Below, in pieces: positions 10,059-19,753 of a stretch of DNA of 64,000 bases. The DNA lies in assembly GCA_965214775.1 (NCBI GenBank), contig OZ243974.1:2336001-2400000 (forward strand). The letters are read 5' to 3'. The DNA is from Nitrosopumilus sp. GTDB lineage: Archaea > Thermoproteota > Nitrososphaeria > Nitrososphaerales > Nitrosopumilaceae. The notes beneath the pieces are model-generated. The model searched no databases. It saw only the letters and a list, made by a program, of their open reading frames with translations, and was not told where the DNA came from. The number at the start of each line of letters is the position of its first letter. Within the stretch, counting starts at the first letter, position 1. A program made the position numbers and the translations under genes.

Positions 10059-11885
10059 CTAGCTTAGTCTGGGTACGAAAATGTAGATGATTGCAATAAT
10101 TTCGAGTCTGCCAAAAATCATCAAAAACCCTAGCACGATCTTGGTGGCAGGATCCGTGTCAAAATCTATGACCTCTGCAGACAGCCCTCCGGTTGTAATT
10201 ACTCCTGCTGCCTCAAAGAATGCGTCTTGAAACGGCACATCTTCAATTGATGCTAAATGCAGCCCTGTGATTGCAGAAATTGTCGGAAACAACGCAATTA
10301 TGATTAGAGTCGAAGTGAGCTCTTTTTTTGCCTGGGTAGACAGTTCTGCTCTTTTTAATCTGCTAAATAACGCTGCGATGTCCTTAAAATGGAACAATCT
10401 GAAAATTTTCAAACCTCCTGCAGTTGAAAATCCGCATCCTCCAATAAACATCAAAATTATCAAAATTGCATGTGCCCCGCCGTTCAATCCTGCCAGGCTT
10501 TCTAACTGCAATCCTGCAGTCGTACTTGCCGAAACAGAATAAAACGCGCTATCTATGGGGTTCAGGCCGCTGACCCCCGTGAACAGTATGATTGCACTCC
10601 CTAAAATTGCAAAGTATGCCAATACTTCTTTGCCGAGTTTTGGTGCAAGGAATTTTTTCCTAACAAATGCATAGTGGAATGTAAACGGCAGTGCGCCAAG
10701 AATCATTGCACCCATTAAGACAACTTCCTTTTGCCAGCTGATGTCGTCTAAAATTTGCGAGGACGGTATGAATCCTCCTGTGGCCAGAGTGCTCATTGCA
10801 AGTGAAAAATTATCTAAAATGTTGGCCTCCCCAAAGAAAAACAGCAACATTGCGACAATTACGATGTATACTGCAAAAATTACGGTAATCGTTGAAAATA
10901 GCTCCTTCATGTGCAAAGTTCTGCCTGAAATAAAGCCTCTCATTGATTGTAGTTTTGATTCAGGATAAAACGCAGTGATTACCAGATAGATGAAACTCAT
11001 TCCCCCTACCATCTGGGTATAACTACGATAGAACGTGAAACTCTGTGTAAGATTTTCAGGCTCATCAAATAGTGAGATTCCCCCCGTAGTGAACCCTGCG
11101 GCGCTTGAGAAAAATGCGTTACCAAACACCTCCACATTCGTCTCGTCAGTAGGAAATACGTACAGATACGGAACTGTTCCAAACAGCGACAACAAGAACA
11201 GGCTTGAAAATACCAAAATTGACGCCTGCTGCAGGTTCAAGCTTGATTTTTCACCATATGAATTCAGAAAAAAGCCTGTTACAAGCAACAGGACCGTTGT
11301 AAGATAAATCCCGGTTGCCGTAACAGTGTCTTCCAAAATTGTAGCGACAATTGCCGGAACAAGTAAGAGCACTCCTGCAAACTGTAAAACAAAACCTAGA
11401 TTTCCCAAGACTGCCTTGACAGGAGGACTCAGCACTCTTGGCGAAACCACTGTGGCATCTCTTATCACATTTGCAATACTTGCTTGGAAAATCATTCCGA
11501 CGACCTGATTTTTCTTTGACAGTACCGGAAGCTTTCTAATGTGACTGTCTCTCATCTTGTGTAATGCGTCTTGGAGCGTGGATTTTTCACCAATGGTAAT
11601 TAGCGGGGTTGACATGATGTCTTTTAGGGTCGTATCTTCGGCAGAGACTGTCACATCGCTTACTTTGCTTAGAATGTCTTCATCTGTTACGATTCCGACC
11701 GGGAGTTTTTTACCGTCTGTCACAATAATGTCGTCAGTTTCATAATGTCTTAACATCCTTGCAGCCTCCCTTGTTAATGTATTTTCATTTAGTATCAGAA
11801 CATCTTTGTCCATGTATTCTGTAACATACTTGCTGAGAACATAGGAAACTGCCCGTTCTGGATTTGTAGACATTAAGCTACCCAT
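10059..11885 (-). CDS. trkH: TrkH-family potassium transporter with N-terminal CBS pair
   Basis: CBS repeats followed by four pore loops (GFTTGG, LATGGF, STTAG, ITTGGLS) and GRLEI. Confidence 0.9.
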   Translation of the reverse strand: MGSLMSTNPERAVSYVLSKYVTEYMDKDVLILNENTLTREAARMLRHYETDDIIVTDGKKLPVGIVTDEDILSKVSDVTVSAEDTTLKDIMSTPLITIGEKSTLQDALHKMRDSHIRKLPVLSKKNQVVGMIFQASIANVIRDATVVSPRVLSPPVKAVLGNLGFVLQFAGVLLLVPAIVATILEDTVTATGIYLTTVLLLVTGFFLNSYGEKSSLNLQQASILVFSSLFLLSLFGTVPYLYVFPTDETNVEVFGNAFFSSAAGFTTGGISLFDEPENLTQSFTFYRSYTQMVGGMSFIYLVITAFYPESKLQSMRGFISGRTLHMKELFSTITVIFAVYIVIVAMLLFFFGEANILDNFSLAMSTLATGGFIPSSQILDDISWQKEVVLMGAMILGALPFTFHYAFVRKKFLAPKLGKEVLAYFAILGSAIILFTGVSGLNPIDSAFYSVSASTTAGLQLESLAGLNGGAHAILIILMFIGGCGFSTAGGLKIFRLFHFKDIAALFSRLKRAELSTQAKKELTSTLIIIALFPTISAITGLHLASIEDVPFQDAFFEAAGVITTGGLSAEVIDFDTDPATKIVLGFLMIFGRLEIIAIIYIFVPRLS

Positions 11886-12003
11886 AGTTGGGGATTTTAA
11901 ATAATTTGGGGTTATGCAGCAGATTTGATCGTTAAAAAATTATTTACCTCTTGAGGCTGATCCGGAAATTTTGCTATCTTTATAAGCACTGAGCCTGAAG
12001 TTT

Positions 12004-12444
12004 ATGCGTAAGACGATGGATATTGACCAAGCACAAGAGGCCGATTATGAATCAGTCAAAATTGACTATGTCGGGTTTGTGGATCCCTATGCTGTAGAGG
12101 GGATGGTGATTCTCAAGGCTGACAGCGGAAAAGAATTTCACATGCGCGCGTTTTCTGGAGAAGTTGCAAGACACATCTCAAGTTTTGGCGAAACTAAAGG
12201 AGAGCCTGCCCCGTCCATTTACAAAATGATCGAGGAGATTTGTGAAGAAAACGAACTGGTTTTAGTTAAAGTGAAAATCTACGAGAGCGGCAAGGTATTG
12301 CGCGCAAATCTCTACCTTACTGGCAAAAAAGACCTGGTTTTAAGAAATTACAGGGCATCAGACGCAATGGCCCTTGGCGTCTATTATAAAATCCCAATTT
12401 TGGTTAGAAAGAATCTTCTAAAAGAAAGTATAGAGGCAGAGTAG
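12004..12444 (+). CDS. bifunctional nuclease domain (DUF151) protein
   Basis: RASDAMALG...IPILV motif. Confidence 0.8.
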   Translation: MRKTMDIDQAQEADYESVKIDYVGFVDPYAVEGMVILKADSGKEFHMRAFSGEVARHISSFGETKGEPAPSIYKMIEEICEENELVLVKVKIYESGKVLRANLYLTGKKDLVLRNYRASDAMALGVYYKIPILVRKNLLKESIEAE

Positions 12445-12713
12445 CCTGGAGCACTAGTACCAATAGCAGCACTAGTACCAGTGTTTTTTGATAGTCATTC
12501 ATTGCGGTGCCATAAATGAGCAAGAACGACTGCTGAGTGATATGCTAAATGAGGCAATGAAACAATTGAACATGATATACGCTCCGTCTTTGTGAGGGAA
12601 ACTGGGCTTTTGATTTACCAGAACAACCAGTTGTCGGTTTGCTCAAAATTAGAGATCAAATGGTTCCAAAACGATGGAATCCATCATCTGGAATGTGCCG
12701 CATCGATGTGTTG

Positions 12714-12796
12714 TATAGCAACGGGCAGAAGTCTTTGAGTCAAAGTAGGTCATAACTACGCGTAAAAAACCTCAATTATTTCTGCTCGTTGCTATA
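12714..12796. mobile_element. ~80-bp IS630-derived MITE
   Basis: TA-TAGCAACG...CGTTGCTA-TA; matching copies at 32524 and 37805. Confidence 0.9.
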
Positions 12797-12951
12797 GCCA
12801 GTAACATCTGGGTGAAACGTAAACGGGACTGTTGTTGTTGTTTTTGTCTTGTTATTGAGGCGCCGTGCTTCTGTCCTGTTTCTGTTTTTACTCGATTTTT
12901 TGACATATTTAGCTTAGATGTGCAGAACATAACACTTTTGATTCCGGCGTA

Positions 12952-13209
12952 ATGAATATTTTCATGGCCAATCTTGAAAAACTCTACAAAAAAGTTGCCT
13001 TGCAAATAATTGAAAGGTGTCACGGGGGAATCAAAATTGTAAAGCATGGAAGGATTATCAAAGTTTATGATCCTAAACGCCACATCTGGAGTAAGGGCCT
13101 AGCCGGATTAATCATCAAAGAGGAATGCAAAATTGCAAATCTTCGCCATTGGGAGTTGGCAAATGTCCGCAGCTATGTTGTCGATGAACTGCTCTCAAAA
13201 TCCGACTAG
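12952..13209 (+). CDS. hypothetical protein
   Basis: 85 aa ORF. Confidence 0.65.
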   Translation: MNIFMANLEKLYKKVALQIIERCHGGIKIVKHGRIIKVYDPKRHIWSKGLAGLIIKEECKIANLRHWELANVRSYVVDELLSKSD

Positions 13210-13469
13210 CGTGCCACTTTTCTGATCAAATGTGGCTCTTTGAGCATGATGGTGTCATCTTTGAGTGATGACAACACTACCTGCTTTAGGTTGTAATTCG
13301 TAATTACGATTAATGCCTCACATCTGGTACATAGAATTGTTTTTCCATCGGATCTCTCTTCTCTGATGACATTTTTTTCCAGCCTGTCACATTTTTCACA
13401 TGTGGGACAAAGTCCTGGTTCTTTTGAAATGGTGATTATCTCTTTGACAAAAATCGTCCTTCCTCCCAT
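13206..13469 (-). CDS. small Zn-ribbon protein
   Basis: CPTC...CTRC. Confidence 0.7.
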   Translation of the reverse strand: MGGRTIFVKEIITISKEPGLCPTCEKCDRLEKNVIREERSDGKTILCTRCEALIVITNYNLKQVVLSSLKDDTIMLKEPHLIRKVAR

Positions 13470-14000
13470 ATTTTTTTCAATTTTGTTGCCTAGAAAAGAG
13501 TTTGCAAGTCAAGTCAATTGGCATCAGCAGTTTATCTTTGAGCGTCAAACCGTTTAATCGCTCAAATCTAAACGAATGGTATTCAATATATTTCCAATCC
13601 GGCCAATTGACAAATGCATCTGCAATCAAGAGAAAGATAATCTTTTTGATGCTATGTGTCATCTAGGCAAAATGTGAGCAAAAAGAATCGTCTTTGTCTT
13701 GTTGTTGGGAATATCTGGGACGTGTGCATGTGCATTTACTGCCTCAGTCTCCTGCCTGCAGGACTTTTCACCACTTTTGTTTATCTGGCCACAGAGTTTC
13801 TCCCATCTCTTGTGATTTTTTTGACTGCTTTTGAATAACTATGCGGGCATTTTGCCTTTGCATTTTTTTTGCTTGACGTGCTCTGATTTTTTCAGACTCC
13901 AATCATTCTGGATGCATGCATGCCTATTATGTTTCTAGTTCATACATCAGCATTAATGCCGTCCATGTAATTGTCGCAACTGATGATTCGTTTTTGGCTA

Positions 14001-15092
14001 CTATGTAACTATCTCATCTAGCCTGTCTTCCTCTTGAGCTCGCTTAATCTCCATTGCAATTCTTCTTCCGACACCAAACGTAGTTCCGTACTGGTACTTT
14101 GTGTATGGGCTAGTTGTCGCAACGATGGGGTTTCCAGGAACTCTTAATGAGACGTCATAAACAATCAACTCCAAATCCTTGGTAATCACACATTGCAATG
14201 AGAACGGACCGATTATTCCCGGTGCATACTCTTTTTTGGCTGCAGCCACAAACCTGTCTCCAATTTTGAATACCTTTTCTAACAGGGATTCTCTGATGCT
14301 TGCAGGAGTGTGTCCTACCTCGATATTTTGCAACTCCATGTCGATGTCAAGCTGCTGTTTTGCAGGAAGCGCATTATAGTCATGAATGTTGGTCTGCAGC
14401 CTTCTTTCAATCCCGATAAAATCGACCTGGTCTGAGATCAAGGTGTAAAAGAAGTTGAAATTCATGTATGTTCCAATTGCCAATTCCTCAATGCTGGCAA
14501 GCTCCAGATCTTTTCTTGCAATGATTCCTTGTTTGATCTTTGCCTCGGATTTTTCCTTGTAGTCCTTGTGGGATGAAACTGTAAAAAACGCTCTTTCTGA
14601 TGGCCTGCTCTTCTCTTGAACCTTTACAATACACGGCCTGTCGATTCCTTTTGGATCTTTGAATAATTTTGGATGTTTGATTCTGGCTTTCTCTAGCAGA
14701 TAGTATTGCCCTCTTTTTGCAGTCCTTTCTTCTGCCTGGAATAGTTTCCTGTTTCCAAAAATTGGAACCTTGAAAGAGTTCTCAAGGGTTTTGTATCCGA
14801 GATAAACGGCAAGCGAGCGGTGGGGGACAATTACCGTACTTGATTCCCTTAACTCCCTTTGATATTTGGCCAAAGCCATGTCTTTGAATTTGTTTAATAC
14901 CACGATGTTGTCTGCAATTCTGCCAAATCTTTGATATGGCCCCTCTCTGCCTTTCTGGCAGAATACCACGGTCTCAAAACCTTCATCTTTTGCTCCGTCC
15001 ATAATCTCAAGGGCCGAATGGCTTCCCAGTACGCCTATTTTTACGTCTGAATAACCGCTTACAATTTTTTTAATCTCAGAATCCCTTATCAT
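14001..15092 (-). CDS. purP: formate-dependent AICAR formyltransferase PurP family (ATP-grasp)
   Basis: IGVLGSHSALEI.DGAKDEGF, PGIIGPFSLQ, GRRIAMEIK. Confidence 0.9.
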   Translation of the reverse strand: MIRDSEIKKIVSGYSDVKIGVLGSHSALEIMDGAKDEGFETVVFCQKGREGPYQRFGRIADNIVVLNKFKDMALAKYQRELRESSTVIVPHRSLAVYLGYKTLENSFKVPIFGNRKLFQAEERTAKRGQYYLLEKARIKHPKLFKDPKGIDRPCIVKVQEKSRPSERAFFTVSSHKDYKEKSEAKIKQGIIARKDLELASIEELAIGTYMNFNFFYTLISDQVDFIGIERRLQTNIHDYNALPAKQQLDIDMELQNIEVGHTPASIRESLLEKVFKIGDRFVAAAKKEYAPGIIGPFSLQCVITKDLELIVYDVSLRVPGNPIVATTSPYTKYQYGTTFGVGRRIAMEIKRAQEEDRLDEIVT

Positions 15093-15395
15093 GTAAATCC
15101 TTGACGGGAGGATCTAATATAGCTAATTTCTCTTTTTTCAGATCGGCTGACTAGATCGCAAGATTTTTCTCAACCGCACTTTCATTGAATTCATGCTGTA
15201 TCATTTTGAACTTCACATGGCAGGAGTGATTTTGTTAACTGCCATGGCCATAGGCGGAATCTCATTATGGCTGAAAAGACGACGTGAAAGACAGCAACTT
15301 GAGTCTGCATCAGATGCAGATGAATCCTCAAATTTCTAGTGTCCTGGCTGTGATTTTTGCTCTAATACATAAAATACAGTAATTTTCAAGAATAG

Positions 15396-15959
15396 TTGTT
15401 GAAACTAATCCTTGCCATCACCGGCAGTACCGGGGCAATTTATGGGATACGAATGCTTGAGACCCTGAAAAAACTCGACGTTAAAACGCACCTGGTAATT
15501 TCTGAGTGGGGCAAAAAATGCATTACGATGGAGACAGAACACTCTGTTGATTATGTAAAATCACTTGCAACAGATGTATCTGATGAAAAAAACATGGCCT
15601 CCAGCGTTTCTAGCGGGACTCACAGGGTTGACGGAATGGCCGTCGTCCCATGCAGCATGAAAACGCTGTCTGCCATTGCTAATGGCTATGATGATACTCT
15701 TGTTGCAAGAGCTGCCGGTGTCACAATCAAGGAATCCAGAAAACTGGTATTGATGGTTCGTGAAACCCCGTTGTCTGCAATTCATTTAGAAAACATGCTG
15801 AAACTTGCACGTCTTGGGATAGTAATTCTGCCACCTGTGACTGAGTTTTATACCAAGCCAAAGTCCATAGACGATATCGTAAATCACGGTGTCGGAAAGT
15901 GCCTTGATCAATTTGACTTAGAGCACAATTTATACCCTCGATGGGGATCTTCCTTCTAA
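15396..15959 (+). CDS. ubiX: flavin prenyltransferase UbiX
   Basis: AITGSTGAIYG, SSG, PCSMKTLSAIANG, RETPLS. Confidence 0.95.
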   Translation: MLKLILAITGSTGAIYGIRMLETLKKLDVKTHLVISEWGKKCITMETEHSVDYVKSLATDVSDEKNMASSVSSGTHRVDGMAVVPCSMKTLSAIANGYDDTLVARAAGVTIKESRKLVLMVRETPLSAIHLENMLKLARLGIVILPPVTEFYTKPKSIDDIVNHGVGKCLDQFDLEHNLYPRWGSSF

Positions 15960-15966
15960 GATACAA

Positions 15967-16392
15967 TTGCCAACGTTTTCTTTTGTAAAAACAATATCTG
16001 CTGACAGGGATTTTGTTTTCGAGATTTTTTCAAATTATGAAGACTACCAAAAACTAATCCCGCAACATTTCCCGTCAATCCGGGTCCGTTCTGCCAGGGG
16101 TAATGTCGCAGTAGTTGAAGAACATGTGAATTTTGGACCTGAAGAGTTTGTCATCATGGCAAAACACATCTCAAAAAAACCCTCCATGCATGAAATTTAT
16201 GTAATTGGCGGCAATATCAAGGGAAGTCATTTCAAGCAGCAGTTCGTCGAAGTTCCTCAAGGAACCATGGTTGTCGTAGATGTTGAGATCAAGCTGGGAA
16301 GGCTAAAAATCAAAAAACTTCTTGGGGCAAGCAAATACGCCCAATATTATCAGAAAATTTTAGATGATTTTGCAAGACTGTGCGAAAGCTAG
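15967..16392 (+). CDS. SRPBCC / polyketide cyclase-dehydrase family protein
   Basis: VFEIFSNYEDY..LIP START-like N-terminus. Confidence 0.75.
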   Translation: MPTFSFVKTISADRDFVFEIFSNYEDYQKLIPQHFPSIRVRSARGNVAVVEEHVNFGPEEFVIMAKHISKKPSMHEIYVIGGNIKGSHFKQQFVEVPQGTMVVVDVEIKLGRLKIKKLLGASKYAQYYQKILDDFARLCES

Positions 16393-16595
16393 TCTGTTTT
16401 TGCTTTTTTGTCTTTAAAGTCTTTGAGTTCTTTTTCGCCTTCGATCTTTCCTTTCTCAAACTCTCCTTTTGCCTTGCCAAAAGTTTTGGCCAGTTCTGGG
16501 ATCTTTTTTGCCCCGAAAATCAGCACCACTGCGATGATTATGATGAAGATCCATTCTTGACCTGCAATAAAGTTGGCCAAATTCAGTCCTAGCAT
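16389..16595 (-). CDS. tatA: twin-arginine translocase TatA/E
   Basis: TM followed by FGAKKIPELAKTFGKAKGEF. Confidence 0.95.
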   Translation of the reverse strand: MLGLNLANFIAGQEWIFIIIIAVVLIFGAKKIPELAKTFGKAKGEFEKGKIEGEKELKDFKDKKAKTD

Positions 16596-16622
16596 TATGC
16601 ATCTTATATGTCAAGTTTGAAT

Positions 16623-17414
16623 TTAAGTGTTCAACTTTTGACGCTCCTTGCGTCCAATGATGATCATGCCTGTCATGTATAGTGCCATCATCGGTCCTGC
16701 AATAAACCACATTGTCACGCCACTTCCGTCCGGAGTAACCACTGCTCCAAAAACCACTATTGCAATAATTGCATACCTGATATTTTTTCTCCAAAAACCA
16801 GAATCCACCATGCCTGATGCAACAATTGCATACATTACAAGCGGTAATTGAAATGAAAATCCAAATGCGAGCAAAAACTGCAAGACAAACGTAACAAAGT
16901 CAATGACATTCAGAAATGTAACTAGCCCCGCCGATTCGCCATATCTGTACAAAAACTCCAGGATGTATGGCACTACTAGACTATAAGAGAAAATACACCC
17001 TGCAGCAAACAAACCAACTGCAGGCAACGAAATGCCTCTGCTGACGTTGATTTCGTTTTCTTTTAGTGCTGGTTTGATGAATCCTACAAACTCTCTGACT
17101 ATAACTGGCATGCCGACTACGATTCCTGCTAGTGCTGCGATGTATACTTGGGCAAAAAATGCTTGGCCTGGCGCAGTTTGAATCAACTGAACATCCTCCG
17201 GTACGAGATTGTCCCTCATATGGCTGGTAATCTGTGCTGCGATATTGTCCATTGGCTGTGGTACTGGATAATACAACGTGACTTGACCAAGATGAACGGG
17301 TTCCACATGAAACGCTAGGATAAACACGGTAATAACTCCGATAATGATTGTGACCCGAAGCAGACGTTTTCGCAGTTCTTCTAGATGTTGATTGAATCCT
17401 TCCAATTCAGACAT
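16623..17414 (-). CDS. tatC: twin-arginine translocase TatC
   Basis: HLEELRKRL, FQLP and VTPD motifs. Confidence 0.95.
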   Translation of the reverse strand: MSELEGFNQHLEELRKRLLRVTIIIGVITVFILAFHVEPVHLGQVTLYYPVPQPMDNIAAQITSHMRDNLVPEDVQLIQTAPGQAFFAQVYIAALAGIVVGMPVIVREFVGFIKPALKENEINVSRGISLPAVGLFAAGCIFSYSLVVPYILEFLYRYGESAGLVTFLNVIDFVTFVLQFLLAFGFSFQLPLVMYAIVASGMVDSGFWRKNIRYAIIAIVVFGAVVTPDGSGVTMWFIAGPMMALYMTGMIIIGRKERQKLNT

Positions 17415-17444
17415 TGTGTGTATTTGCTTTCTAATCTATATCAA

Positions 17445-17912
17445 TTATGTGGGAATTGGCAGTAATTTTGCTTCTGGAAGACCTGTCTCTTTGAGTTGCT
17501 CTTGCGTTAGACCTTCAAATTCCAATGAAATCACTGCTTTGGTGTTAAATTTGGACTCCATCTCTTTTGCCAGGTTGCCTATGTCTTTGCTGGCATAAAT
17601 CTCCTTTGAATCTCTTAAGAAAACCCTCTCGCCTTTCTCCATCTCTTTTCCGTTGAACTTTTCTTGCAAGAAACGTGTAATGGACGGCAGTTCTTTTCTG
17701 CTGATGTTGTTGTGAAAGTAACAGATTCCTTTGACTGATTTATAGTCAAATGCAGTTCCGTTTCTATACATAAAGACTCCAATAAATCGAGCCTCGTCTT
17801 CAGGCACTCTTACACATTTTATCTCCCAGTTCAACAATTTTGACTCGTCATAGGAAAACCCATCCATCTCTTCTGCTGTGAGCTTCCAATACCGTGTTCT
17901 TCCCTTGCCCAT
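17445..17912 (-). CDS. conserved hypothetical protein
   Basis: ORF from ATG at 17912 (MGKGRTRYWK). Confidence 0.75.
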   Translation of the reverse strand: MGKGRTRYWKLTAEEMDGFSYDESKLLNWEIKCVRVPEDEARFIGVFMYRNGTAFDYKSVKGICYFHNNISRKELPSITRFLQEKFNGKEMEKGERVFLRDSKEIYASKDIGNLAKEMESKFNTKAVISLEFEGLTQEQLKETGLPEAKLLPIPT

Positions 17913-18037
17913 GATGTAATATTGTAGGTTGTTCTGGTATAAATTCCAATAGAGGCACATGGGGTTGTCCAAAAAAATTTTCGCAAAATGACCGCTAAGC
18001 TTATAGATCATGGGCGTAATCCGCCGAAAACAATTTT

Positions 18038-18183
18038 GTATGAGGTCACCTACTTCTCACATTAGGCCAAATATTGATGACGATATCGATCCGTATGTGG
18101 TCACGTCCCACTGCTGGCCAAGCATGAAAATTACAGTAACATGCAGATTCATGCCTGCAGGTTAGGGGCAGGTGACCTCGTAC
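18038..18183. mobile_element. IS66-like MITE
   Basis: TIR GTATGAGGTCACCT/AGGTGACCTCGTAC, the same ends as the element at 35592-36292. Confidence 0.8.
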
Positions 18184-18272
18184 GAATTTTATATTCATGC
18201 CTGATTTTAAAGGGCCTGATATTGCATATTTTTCGGAAGATAGATTAACCTCGGGTAAAGTTTTCATTTCAA

Positions 18273-18542
18273 ATGGCATCGTCATCATCATTTGAGGTTC
18301 ACGTAACTATTGAAAACAAGCATGGAATCAGTGATCCTGAAGGTGATACAATTCTAAATGATCTGGTTCTAAAGGGAACCCACAAGACAGTCTCTAAAGT
18401 CAAGACTGCAAAAATGCTCAAATTCACCATTTGGGAAAAGGATCAGAAAACTGCCCAGTCAAAAATTCAGGAAATTTGTGATGATCTGAGAATATACAAT
18501 CCTGTGGTAAGCAAAGTCTCTTTTGACGTTTTGAGGATTTAG
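18273..18542 (+). CDS. purS: FGAM synthase subunit PurS
   Basis: DPEG.TI...IYNPVV. Confidence 0.9.
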   Translation: MASSSSFEVHVTIENKHGISDPEGDTILNDLVLKGTHKTVSKVKTAKMLKFTIWEKDQKTAQSKIQEICDDLRIYNPVVSKVSFDVLRI

Positions 18543-18994
18543 CTCCTCTGCTTTTCCTTCTCCGTCTCCTCATTCTTCCTTTCTGCCTCGATGTTTTCTA
18601 TTGTGCTATTAATGAGAATCTTGCTTCGTAAAAATTCCGTCAAGTTTGTCTGAGTTACAACTCCTGCCAGGTTCCCACCATGCAGAATAATCAGGCGCCT
18701 GATGTTGTTGTTGAGCATCTTTTGTACTGCATCCTCAATTGCAGTATCAGGCTCAACCCATCTGAAATTCCTTGACATTATCTCCTCTAATCTTACCTGT
18801 GATGCGACCTTGTCCTCTGCGGTGATCTTCCTAACGATGTCCCTCTCTGAAACAACCCCTGAGGGCTTTCCGTCCTGCATGATCACTAGAAAGCTGATCT
18901 CTTTTTCCTTGAGGATGTTTGATGCATCAAGAACTGTCTTGTCGTGCTCAACTGTGATGACATTTTTTTCCATAATGTCTCTTACCTGGGCCAT
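18539..18994 (-). CDS. CBS-domain protein
   Basis: Tandem CBS motifs (GVVSERDIV, GVVTQTNL). Confidence 0.9.
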   Translation of the reverse strand: MAQVRDIMEKNVITVEHDKTVLDASNILKEKEISFLVIMQDGKPSGVVSERDIVRKITAEDKVASQVRLEEIMSRNFRWVEPDTAIEDAVQKMLNNNIRRLIILHGGNLAGVVTQTNLTEFLRSKILINSTIENIEAERKNEETEKEKQRS

Positions 18995-19072
18995 GGCGAT
19001 CAGGTCATTTTTTCACATAAAAATTTTTACCGGCTGGATCCAAATTAAATATCTCTCAGTGTAATTGTAGTT

Positions 19073-19753
19073 GTGAAGGTTGGAGTTGTCGTTTTTCCCG
19101 GCAGTAACTGTGATCGTGACATGTATCATGTTTTAAGGGATGTTTTCAAGATTGACGCCAAGTATTATTGGCATGAAAAACCGCTTCCAAAAAACATTGA
19201 TGCCGTAATTCTGCCCGGCGGCTTTTCGTATGGTGACAGACTCCGTGCAGGCGTGATTGCAGCTCACAGTCCGGTCATCAGGGATGTTCAAAGGATGGCA
19301 GACAGGGGAGTTCCTGTCTTGGGCGTATGCAATGGGTTTCAAATCCTGGTTGAATCGGGCCTGTTGCCCGGCGTCTTGCTCAAAAACGAGTCTCTGAATT
19401 TTATGTGCGAGTGGACAAACCTTGTTGTTGAAAACAACTCCACTCCTTTTTCCAATCAATTTGAGATTGGCCAAAAAATTCCGATTCCCATAGCCAACGG
19501 CGAAGGAAGATACTATGTTGATGGCAAAACTCTGGAAAAACTAAGGAAAAAAAACCAAATTGTTTTTAGATATGATAAAGTTGTAAACGGCTCCTCTAAT
19601 CGAATTGCCGGAGTTTGTAACGAGGATGGAAATGTCGTAGGCATGATGCCTCATCCGGAACGTGCCGTCGAATCTGAAATTAATCCGGCTGACAACAAAC
19701 CTTCCACTTTGATCTTCGAGTCTCTGTTGACAAAAATGGGTGCGGGCAATTGA
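19073..19753 (+). CDS. purQ: FGAM synthase glutaminase subunit PurQ
   Basis: FPGSNCD, PGGFSYGD, GVCNGFQ, MMPHPER. Confidence 0.97.
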   Translation: MKVGVVVFPGSNCDRDMYHVLRDVFKIDAKYYWHEKPLPKNIDAVILPGGFSYGDRLRAGVIAAHSPVIRDVQRMADRGVPVLGVCNGFQILVESGLLPGVLLKNESLNFMCEWTNLVVENNSTPFSNQFEIGQKIPIPIANGEGRYYVDGKTLEKLRKKNQIVFRYDKVVNGSSNRIAGVCNEDGNVVGMMPHPERAVESEINPADNKPSTLIFESLLTKMGAGN